Part shown: one piece after another, positions 29,597 through 37,353 of the stretch
Position numbering within the stretch: the first letter of the stretch is position 1
Layout: every line of letters starts with the position of its first letter
Assembly: GCA_947629445.1 (NCBI GenBank)
Contig: CANRDU010000001.1
Coordinates: 1,386-65,385 of the forward strand
Length of the DNA stretch: 64,000 bases
DNA from: an uncultured Bacilli bacterium
GTDB lineage: Bacteria > Bacillota_I > Bacilli_A > RF39 > UBA660
Direction of reading: 5' to 3'
Program-made: the position numbers and the translations under genes
Notes under the pieces: model-generated
What the model was told of the DNA's origin: nothing
The model's database searches: none
Seen by the model: only the letters and a program-made list of their open reading frames with translations

Positions 29597-30422
29597 CGAC
29601 TTTTAGAAAGTCTTCCATTTTTTCATGATTAGGAGCTTCTTTTATTAATGCTTGCAGGAATTCAGGATTTTGTTTTAAAATACTTCCTACTAATAGAAAA
29701 AGTTCTTCATCCGTAAGTACCTTTACCGTATTATCCTGAAAAGTCAGTTTTGTCCTACCATTACTATCCTTACTAAGCCATTTCGTAACCCCTAACTTAC
29801 GTAGAATATAGTTCGCATATGTTTTTGGAAAATCAATAAATCTCACTTCCATTGGTATCCTATATTTTTCCCGTAATTTTTCTCTTTCTTCTTCTGTTTT
29901 CGTTTGCATCAAAGCAACTAAATAAGCAGTTCTTAAAACCGTATAGCGGTGTAATCCATTATCAGTGATAATATACTTTCCTCGAGATGCGTAAGCACCT
30001 TTCATCGGTTCTCTTTGAAAACTACTTTGTAAATGAGAAAGCAAAGTATCTATAGGATACAGAAGCAAAGATAAAGACCGGCTATGATAACCATCTGCAT
30101 ACTCGCTATCATCAAAGAAATTGGAATAAGAATCCAAAAGACTACTAGTCTTAGCAGGCATCCAACTATAATCATATCCTACAATATCGGCTATACTAAC
30201 CATTTCTAATGCACGGGAAGAAGTAATTTTATAATAATCTAATATCCAGTCAATATCTATTTGACTTTGAAGATTGGTATCCACTTTAGATTCTAATTCT
30301 TCTCTTGTTACCCCATTTCTTTTTAAATATCGATCTACTAATGTCATAGCATCACCAATTTTATTATAACATGAAAAACAACATTCAAAATAAAGATTGC
30401 AAAAAAAAAGATGAAAAATCAT
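29538..30422 (-). CDS. Hypothetical protein. The true start is probably the internal MTLVDRY.
   Basis: ORF only. Its 3' end overlaps the GNAT gene. Confidence 0.45.
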   Translation of the reverse strand: MIFHLFFCNLYFECCFSCYNKIGDAMTLVDRYLKRNGVTREELESKVDTNLQSQIDIDWILDYYKITSSRALEMVSIADIVGYDYSWMPAKTSSLLDSYSNFFDDSEYADGYHSRSLSLLLYPIDTLLSHLQSSFQREPMKGAYASRGKYIITDNGLHRYTVLRTAYLVALMQTKTEEEREKLREKYRIPMEVRFIDFPKTYANYILRKLGVTKWLSKDSNGRTKLTFQDNTVKVLTDEELFLLVGSILKQNPEFLQALIKEAPNHEKMEDFLKVVVPEFFSQKEEKKNNGNIL

Positions 30423-30452
30423 CTTTTTTCATTTAGGAATGAAATACAGTTT

Positions 30453-32198
30453 TTATTCTCTTACCTTTATATGGATTTCTCTCAATTGTTGTTCCGATAC
30501 TTCACTAGGACAACCCATCATCATATCTTGGCCACTTACACTCATTGGGAAAGCTTGAACCTCCCTTAAATTTGGTTCATCTAGAAGAAGCATGAGCATC
30601 CGATCAATACCTGGAGCCATTCCAGCATGTGGAGGAACACCATATTGAAAGGCATGGTATAGAGATTGAAATTTTTCTTCTACTACATTATCTTCATATC
30701 CTACCATGGCGAAAGCCTTTTTTAAACACTCTATATCGTGGTTACGAACAGCTCCACTAGCCATTTCATATCCATTACATACAAAGTCATATTGGTATGC
30801 CAAAATATCTTCCATATTCGTATTTTCTAATCCTTTTATGCCATCATGTGGCATACTAAATGGGTTATGGCAAAAATCATACTTTTTATTTTCATGGTCA
30901 TATTCAAACATTGGAAAATCATTAACGATACAAAACTCGTAACGATTTGGATCAATTAGTCCTAATTTATTTCCTAAGAAGGTGCGAATTAATCCTGCCT
31001 CTTTAGCAGCAACATCTTCTCTTTTATCAGCAATAAAGAATAGAACACTTCCCTTTTTCAAGTTCGCTTTTGTTATTAAGTTTTCTCTATCTTGACTATT
31101 TAAAAACTTATCGATTGGTCCTTTAAAAGACATATCGTCTTCCACACTAATATAACCAATTCCTGGCATATCAATACTTTTCGCATAATCCACAATCTCA
31201 TTAAACCAACTATTCGGTTTATACGCAATATCCTCTACAGCAATTGCCCGAACGACAGAACCACGAAATGGTTTAAAATCACTCTCTTTAAAAACATCAC
31301 TCAGATCGATAATTTCTAAAGGATTTCGTAAATCAGGTTTATCGGTTCCATATTTTAACATGGCCTCTTTAAAGGAAAGTCTACGAAATGGTCTTGGACT
31401 AACCCATCTATCACTAAAATGAGTAAAGGTGTCATAGAAGATTTCTTCTCCTATTTCATAGATATCTTCCTCATCCACAAAGGCCATTTCAAAATCTAGT
31501 TGATAAAATTCTAACGTTCTATCACTTCTACAGTCTTCATCACGAAAACAAGGCGCAATTTGATAGTATTTATCAAAATTACTTACCATTAATAATTCTT
31601 TAAATACCTGCGGTGCCTGCGGTAAAGCATAAAATTTTCCTTTAAATTTACGAGAGGGAATTAAAAAGTCCCTCGCACCTTCTGGACTAGATGCCGTTAT
31701 GATAGGCGTTTCTACTTCGGTAAAGCCTAAACTATCCATCTTGTTTCTTAAATATTTTAACAATTCACTACGCAAACGAATATTTTTATGTACCTTTTCA
31801 TTTCGTAAATCTAAGTAACGATATTTTAATCGTACTTCTTCTGATACATTCGTAGAAGTCATAATCTCAAAAGGTAGTTCAGAAGGAGCTTTTCCTAAAA
31901 CATCTATTTTTTCTACCAATATCTCGACTGTTCCTGTTTTTAGTTTTGGGTTGTAGTCATCTTCCTCTCTTTTCCGTACAGTACCTAATATGGTTACAGA
32001 TGATTCTTTCGTAAGATGAAGAAACATCGTATCATCATTACTGACAACTTGTACTGTACCAAACTCATCTCGAATATCTACAAAAATAACGCCACCGTGG
32101 TCACGGATATTCGCAACCCAACCAGCAATTCTAACTTCTTTGCCAATAAGATTTTCTCCAATCTCACCACAATAAACCGTACGATATTTCTTATTCAT
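30453..32198 (-). CDS. aspS: Aspartyl-tRNA synthetase
   Basis: N-terminal OB fold (GWVANIRDHGGVIFVDIRDEFGTVQVV) and class II motif 2 (FRDEDCRSDRTLEFYQLDFE). Confidence 0.85.
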   Translation of the reverse strand: MNKKYRTVYCGEIGENLIGKEVRIAGWVANIRDHGGVIFVDIRDEFGTVQVVSNDDTMFLHLTKESSVTILGTVRKREEDDYNPKLKTGTVEILVEKIDVLGKAPSELPFEIMTSTNVSEEVRLKYRYLDLRNEKVHKNIRLRSELLKYLRNKMDSLGFTEVETPIITASSPEGARDFLIPSRKFKGKFYALPQAPQVFKELLMVSNFDKYYQIAPCFRDEDCRSDRTLEFYQLDFEMAFVDEEDIYEIGEEIFYDTFTHFSDRWVSPRPFRRLSFKEAMLKYGTDKPDLRNPLEIIDLSDVFKESDFKPFRGSVVRAIAVEDIAYKPNSWFNEIVDYAKSIDMPGIGYISVEDDMSFKGPIDKFLNSQDRENLITKANLKKGSVLFFIADKREDVAAKEAGLIRTFLGNKLGLIDPNRYEFCIVNDFPMFEYDHENKKYDFCHNPFSMPHDGIKGLENTNMEDILAYQYDFVCNGYEMASGAVRNHDIECLKKAFAMVGYEDNVVEEKFQSLYHAFQYGVPPHAGMAPGIDRMLMLLLDEPNLREVQAFPMSVSGQDMMMGCPSEVSEQQLREIHIKVRE

Positions 32199-32213
32199 CT
32201 TATCACTCCTTTT

Positions 32214-33593
32214 TTAAAATTCACAATTGTTTGGTGTTCTAGGATAAGGAATTACATCACGAATATTTTCAACTCCTGTTAAATAAATGAGTAATCTTTC
32301 AAATCCCATCCCAAATCCAGAGTGAACACAGCCGCCATATTTTCTTAAATTCAAATACCAATCTAGGCCTTCTTCTGACATTCCTAATTCACGCATACGA
32401 GTTAACAGTTTCTCATAAGATTCTTCTCTTTGGGAACCACCCATTAACTCTCCTGCTCCTGGTACTTCAAGGTCAACAGCAGCAACTGTCTTTCCGTCTG
32501 GGTTTTGTTTCATATAAAATGCTTTAATATCTTTGGGCCAATTCTTAATGAAGACAGGTCCGCCAAAATATTCAGTAATATATTTTTCATGTTCTTTGGC
32601 AATATCTTCTCCATAAGAGGGTTCAAATTCCCATTTCACATCTGCTTTTTTCAAAATCGAAATTACTTCTTCATGGTCTACTCGTGTAAAATGACTATGA
32701 ACCAGTTTATTTAATTTTTCCTTTAATCCTTTTTCAACGAACTCATCGAAAAAATTCATCTCTTCAGGGCAGTGTTCTAACACATAAGATACGATATACT
32801 TAAGCATGTCTTCCATGATATCCATATCCCCTTCTAAATCACAGAAAGCAATCTCAGGCTCAATCATCCAAAACTCGGAAGCATGTGTTTTCGTATTAGA
32901 GTTCTCAGCCCGAAAGGTAGGACCAAAGGTATAAGTCTTTTTATAGGCAAGAGCGAATGTCTCTGCTTGTAACTGTCCAGATACTGTAAGTGCTGTTTTC
33001 TTTCCAAAGAAGTCTCTATCGTATTCTACTTTTCCTAAAGAAGCAACTTTATCAAGATCAAGAGTTGTTACTTGAAACATTTCGCCTGCTCCCTCACAGT
33101 CACTAGCAGTAATAAGAGGAGCATGAAAATATACATATCCTCTTTCTTGAAAGTAGGTATGAATCGCATGAGCAGCTACACTTCTTACGCGAAAAACTGC
33201 TTGAAATAAGTTGGTTCTCGGTCTTAAATAAGCAAGTTCCCGTAAAAATTCTCTCGTATGTCTTTTCGGCTGAATAGGATAATCTTCTGGTGCATCTCCT
33301 TCTAACACCAAACTTTCAAGTTGTAACTCAACACTCTGCCCTTCTTTTGGTGAAGGGATTAACACTCCGGTTGCACTAATCGCACTACCAATATGCAATT
33401 TCGCAATCTCTTCAAAATTATCTAACGTATTATCATAGACAATTTGTAGGTGTTTAAAACTTGTTCCATCACTAAAATCAATAAAACCAAATTCTTTTTG
33501 TTTTCGATGATTACGAATCCATCCTTGAACAGTTACTTCTTTATTTTCATATTTCTTTTCGTCCTCGAAAATTTCTCTTAAATCAATTCCCAT
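32214..33593 (-). CDS. asnS: Asparaginyl-tRNA synthetase
   Basis: Class IIb motifs FRAENSNTKTHASEFWMIEPE and GG..HSGFGMGFERL. The length is typical for AsnRS. Confidence 0.85.
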   Translation of the reverse strand: MGIDLREIFEDEKKYENKEVTVQGWIRNHRKQKEFGFIDFSDGTSFKHLQIVYDNTLDNFEEIAKLHIGSAISATGVLIPSPKEGQSVELQLESLVLEGDAPEDYPIQPKRHTREFLRELAYLRPRTNLFQAVFRVRSVAAHAIHTYFQERGYVYFHAPLITASDCEGAGEMFQVTTLDLDKVASLGKVEYDRDFFGKKTALTVSGQLQAETFALAYKKTYTFGPTFRAENSNTKTHASEFWMIEPEIAFCDLEGDMDIMEDMLKYIVSYVLEHCPEEMNFFDEFVEKGLKEKLNKLVHSHFTRVDHEEVISILKKADVKWEFEPSYGEDIAKEHEKYITEYFGGPVFIKNWPKDIKAFYMKQNPDGKTVAAVDLEVPGAGELMGGSQREESYEKLLTRMRELGMSEEGLDWYLNLRKYGGCVHSGFGMGFERLLIYLTGVENIRDVIPYPRTPNNCEF

Positions 33594-33596
33594 AAT

Positions 33597-35054
33597 TTAC
33601 CTCTTATCAATTTCCTCGTGGATAATTTGGGCAGTTAAACTTGGGTTAGCCTGTCCACGGGTTGCTTTCATAACTTGACCTACAAAGAAATCAAATGTAT
33701 TTTTTCCTTTTCTATGATCTTCTATCAAATCCGGATGTTCATCTAAAACTTTTACGACAATATCCCGAATCGTTTTATCATCAGAAATTTGTGTAACTCC
33801 TAATTTTTTCACAATTTCTTTTGGTGCTTTCTTTTCCTCTAATACTTTGTTTAAAACTTCTTTACTCTGTTTAGAAGAAATTTTACCAGATTTTACCATA
33901 TCCATTAAATCCACTAACATGGTAGGTGTAAGATAAAGATCTTTTATCTCTAATTCTTCCTTATTTAAATATCCTAAAATAACACTGGTAATCCAGTTAG
34001 CAGCTCCTTTTGGATCCGCTCCCAAACTAATGGTCTCTTCATAATAATCGGATACTGCTTTTTCTTTTACGAGTACCTGAGCATCATAAGAAGATAAGTG
34101 ATATACCTTTTCGTACTTTTCTTTTCTTTCAGGGGCGAGTTCTGGAATAGATGCTCGAATAGATTCTAACCAATCGGGAGACAATTTAAACTTTGGAATA
34201 TTGGGTTCAACAAAATATTTATAGTCAATCGCATCTACTTTGCTTCTCATGTAAATAGTAGAAAAAGTATCCTCATCCCAACGACGAGTTTGCTGTTCCA
34301 TTTCATCGTAAGTACCATCTTCTTTAAGGGCTATTTGTCTTTCAATTTCATAATTAATCGCATCTCTAACGCCCCCAAAAGAGTTTACGTTTTTAATTTC
34401 TACTTTAGTACCCCAATTTTTAGGATTACTGGCATCTTTTCCTTTATCCATGATAGATACATTGACATCACACCTGATTTGTCCTTTTCTACTATCTGCC
34501 TCACTAATACCGGCATACTGATAAATAGAGCGCATCGTTTCTAGAAAAGCAACGGCTTCCTCTGCTGAATGGAGGTCTGGCTCAGTTACTAATTCAAGAA
34601 GCGGTACACCAGCACGGTTATAATCGATCGTTGAAAAAGTTGGATAGTGGTCAGTCGAAGCGGCATCTTCCTCTAAGTGGATATTGTTGATACGTACTCT
34701 TTTTGATTCCCCTTTACATTCAAAATCTAAATATCCATAACTTCCAACCGGAGCTGGTTTGGTTTCTTGCGTAATTTGAAATCCTTTTGGTAAATCTGGA
34801 TAATAATAATTTTTTCTTTCAAAATACATGTATTCTGGTTGTGTACAATGAAGAATCATACTAGCTTTCAGAGCCAATTTCACAGCTTCTTTATTTACAA
34901 CCGGAAGAGTTCCTGGAAAAGCCATATCAACAGGACGAATATGAGAGTTCGGTTCTTCACTATAACCGTTTTTTGCACTAGAGAATACTTTCGTTTTCGT
35001 CTCACTAATTTCACAGTGCATCTCTAATCCAATTAATACTTGATAATCTTCCAT
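33597..35054 (-). CDS. gatB: Asp-tRNA(Asn)/Glu-tRNA(Gln) amidotransferase subunit B
   Basis: N-terminus LIGLEMHCEI..FPGTLPVVN. GatB family. Confidence 0.9.
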   Translation of the reverse strand: MEDYQVLIGLEMHCEISETKTKVFSSAKNGYSEEPNSHIRPVDMAFPGTLPVVNKEAVKLALKASMILHCTQPEYMYFERKNYYYPDLPKGFQITQETKPAPVGSYGYLDFECKGESKRVRINNIHLEEDAASTDHYPTFSTIDYNRAGVPLLELVTEPDLHSAEEAVAFLETMRSIYQYAGISEADSRKGQIRCDVNVSIMDKGKDASNPKNWGTKVEIKNVNSFGGVRDAINYEIERQIALKEDGTYDEMEQQTRRWDEDTFSTIYMRSKVDAIDYKYFVEPNIPKFKLSPDWLESIRASIPELAPERKEKYEKVYHLSSYDAQVLVKEKAVSDYYEETISLGADPKGAANWITSVILGYLNKEELEIKDLYLTPTMLVDLMDMVKSGKISSKQSKEVLNKVLEEKKAPKEIVKKLGVTQISDDKTIRDIVVKVLDEHPDLIEDHRKGKNTFDFFVGQVMKATRGQANPSLTAQIIHEEIDKR

Positions 35055-36511
35055 TAGTGTTCCTCCTTTACTATTTGATTTTTATAAGGCATCGTACTTT
35101 CTAGAGCATAAGCAATATTTAAAACATTGATATCATCATAACAATTTCCCGTAATATTAATGCCGACTGGAAGACCACTTACAAAACCATCTGGAATGGT
35201 AATAGATGGAAATCCTCCAAAATTGCCAACTTGTAAATGTTCCTCTAATACTTGCGTATTGTGATCTAGCATATCCTTATCCTCATCAAACTTTTTAGCA
35301 GGACCACTACCAACTGGTAAAATGACGGCATCATAATTTTTAAAGATTTCTTTCCAACGGTCCACTAAAAGTCTTCTTACCCTTTGGGCATTATGAAAGT
35401 ATCTATCTTTATTTTGAGCCTGTAAAACATAAGAACCAATCACAAATCTTCTTTTGATTAAAGGAGAAAATCCTGTTGTACGATAATTTTTCATCATATC
35501 GATATAGTTATCCGCATCACTTCTTGGTCCAAAGATAATTCCTGTTAGGTTAGACATATTGGAAGTAGCTTCCGCACAAGAGATAACTACATAAACAGAT
35601 GCTAAAGCATTGAGAAGCGTTTGATCGACAGATACTTCTTCTACCTCAACACCTAAATCTTGAAAGTGTTTAAGAGTATTATGGAAGTTTTCTAAATGTT
35701 CCTTTAATTCAGAAGACGCATTTGGATACATAGAAATATCAGCAATCTCTTTAATCGTACATACTTTTTTACCTTTAATATCTTTTGTTAGGGAATCATA
35801 TAAATGCATATTACTAGAATCCCAACTCGTCATATCGTTTTTATCGATTCCTTTCATGCCATCTACAACAATTGCGGCATCCTCAACACTACGAGCAAGT
35901 ACGCCACAATGGTCCAAACTAGAAGCAAATGGGAATAGTCCATAACGAGAAATCATACCATAGGTTGGTTTATATCCAACAATACCACAATAAGCAGCTG
36001 GTTTACGAATAGAATCTCCGGTATCAGATCCTGTTGCATACGGATATACGCCAGCCGCAACAGCCGCAGCCGAACCAGCACTAGAACCTGCACACATACG
36101 CGTTTGATCCCAAGGATTTTTAACAATTCCGGTATGCCCTGTCGTACCGGTTCCTCCCATACCAAATTCGTCCATAACCGTCTTATTAACAGCAACTGCC
36201 CCATGACTCTCTAAATTAGAAATAGCCGTAGCTGTAAAGAATGGAACATAATCTTTTAAGGTATTACTAGATCCCGTACTTAAAATACCTTTGGTACTAT
36301 AGTTATCTTTAATACCGTAAGGAATACCAGATAATATATCTTCGGTAACAGGAGTTTCCTTAGCATCCTCTAAAATGGTTACAAAAGCATTACACTTTTC
36401 TTGTACTTCTTTTGATTTTTTTAAAGATTCGGAAATTAATTCTTGAGAAGTTACTTTCCCACTTTTTAAAGCTTCATGGATTTCTACCAATCCTTTATCC
36501 ATATATGTCAT
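35054..36511 (-). CDS. gatA: Amidotransferase subunit A (amidase signature family)
   Basis: Amidase signature GGSSGGSAAAVAAG. Confidence 0.9.
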   Translation of the reverse strand: MTYMDKGLVEIHEALKSGKVTSQELISESLKKSKEVQEKCNAFVTILEDAKETPVTEDILSGIPYGIKDNYSTKGILSTGSSNTLKDYVPFFTATAISNLESHGAVAVNKTVMDEFGMGGTGTTGHTGIVKNPWDQTRMCAGSSAGSAAAVAAGVYPYATGSDTGDSIRKPAAYCGIVGYKPTYGMISRYGLFPFASSLDHCGVLARSVEDAAIVVDGMKGIDKNDMTSWDSSNMHLYDSLTKDIKGKKVCTIKEIADISMYPNASSELKEHLENFHNTLKHFQDLGVEVEEVSVDQTLLNALASVYVVISCAEATSNMSNLTGIIFGPRSDADNYIDMMKNYRTTGFSPLIKRRFVIGSYVLQAQNKDRYFHNAQRVRRLLVDRWKEIFKNYDAVILPVGSGPAKKFDEDKDMLDHNTQVLEEHLQVGNFGGFPSITIPDGFVSGLPVGINITGNCYDDINVLNIAYALESTMPYKNQIVKEEH

Positions 36512-36813
36512 TATCCCACCACCTTCGGTACTTTAATCTCATCACCAGCATAATCATCACAGTTCGCAAGAGCATCATCAATAGAAATAGACTCTTCCTC
36601 TTCATCTTCTCTTAACTCATAGGTAAAATCATCTAGACAATGCGTCATTGGAGGAACATCTGCAATATTTGGTATTTCATTAATGATATCAATTTGCGCA
36701 TCAATAACATCAAATTCATCCAATACCATTTGATTCTCTTCTCTCGTTAGTCCAATCAGTAATTTGTCGGCATAATCATCTACCATTTCACTTGTAAATT
36801 TTCTCTCTTCCAT
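36511..36813 (-). CDS. gatC: Amidotransferase subunit C
   Basis: 100 aa, GatC-like. Coupled to gatA. RBS AAGGAGGA. Confidence 0.8.
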   Translation of the reverse strand: MEERKFTSEMVDDYADKLLIGLTREENQMVLDEFDVIDAQIDIINEIPNIADVPPMTHCLDDFTYELREDEEEESISIDDALANCDDYAGDEIKVPKVVG

Positions 36814-36828
36814 AAATCCTCCTTATAA

Positions 36829-36857
36829 CAAAAAATAAGTCCTGAAACATAGGACTT
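36829..36857 (-). terminator. Hairpin plus T-tract between tRNA-Asn and gatC (intrinsic terminator, attenuator or processing signal)
   Basis: Minus strand: AAGTCCT-atgtttc-AGGACTT ATTTTTTG. Confidence 0.5.
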
Positions 36858-36870
36858 ATTATATATCTAA

Positions 36871-36946
36871 TGGCGCCTGATGTAGGACTCGGACCTACGA
36901 CCTGCCGGTTAACAGCCGGATGCTCTACCAACTGAGCTAATCAGGC
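36871..36946 (-). tRNA. tRNA-Asn (GTT), copy 1
   Basis: GCCTGATTAGCTCAGTTGGTAGAGC..GGCTGTTAACCGG..GGTCCGAGTCC..ATCAGGCGCCA. Confidence 0.9.
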
Positions 36947-36949
36947 AAA

Positions 36950-37025
36950 TGGCGCTCAATGTAGGACTCGGACCTACGACCTGCCGGTTAACAGCCGGAT
37001 GCTCTACCAACTGAGCTAATTGAGC
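36950..37025 (-). tRNA. tRNA-Asn (GTT), copy 2
   Basis: Near-identical tandem copy (GCTCAATTAGCTCAG...ATTGAGCGCCA). Confidence 0.9.
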
Positions 37026-37027
37026 AA

Positions 37028-37284
37028 TTCATAATATCGTCCTATTATGGGACGAATCATATCCGCGGTACCACCCAAATTGTCATTTTACATGACCTCT
37101 CACTCGATTTCAAAAAAAATCGTGTAACGTGGTAACGGGTTACTTCCGATTAAATCTACTAGATACCGTTCGATTTAACAACTAGTGGGTGTTATTCCGA
37201 TAGAGCGTTGTCGTTAGCTCTCACCATACCTAACTCGCTTACACTCGTTTTCTAACGTACTTCTCCCACGTCAAAACGCTTATG
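37028..37284 (-). promoter_or_regulatory. T-box riboswitch leader with an Asn (AAC) specifier
   Basis: The minus strand reads AATTTGGGTGGTACCGCGG, matching the T-box consensus AATTAGGGTGGNACCGCG. A terminator hairpin CGTCC-cataatag-GGACG with a U-rich tail follows. A candidate specifier loop GGAAUAACAC lies 3' of a distal stem (GAGAGC..GCTCTA). Confidence 0.7.
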
Positions 37285-37291
37285 AATTCAT

Positions 37292-37318
37292 TATAGTCTA
37301 AAGACGATAGTTTGTCAA
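37292..37318 (-). promoter_or_regulatory. Consensus sigma-A promoter (TTGACA-17-TATAAT) driving the T-box leader
   Basis: Minus strand: TATTGACAAACTATCGTCTTTAGACTATAATGAA. The hexamers are perfect and the spacer is 17 nt. Confidence 0.65.
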
Positions 37319-37328
37319 TAACCCTTCT

Positions 37329-37353
37329 TAAAAAAAGTTAGGTTTCCCTAACT
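37329..37353 (-). terminator. Rho-independent terminator of the TPR gene
   Basis: Minus strand: AGTTAGG-gaaa-CCTAACT TTTTTTT. It overlaps the stop codon. Confidence 0.6.

Noticed and set aside
37026-37347. A possible 5S rRNA or the end of an rRNA operon upstream of the tRNA-Asn genes (common 16S-23S-5S-tRNA-Asn order in Firmicutes)
   Set aside because: The sequence is AT-rich with no resemblance to the 5S consensus on either strand. It contains a near-consensus T-box motif plus a terminator and a sigma-A promoter, so it is a T-box leader.
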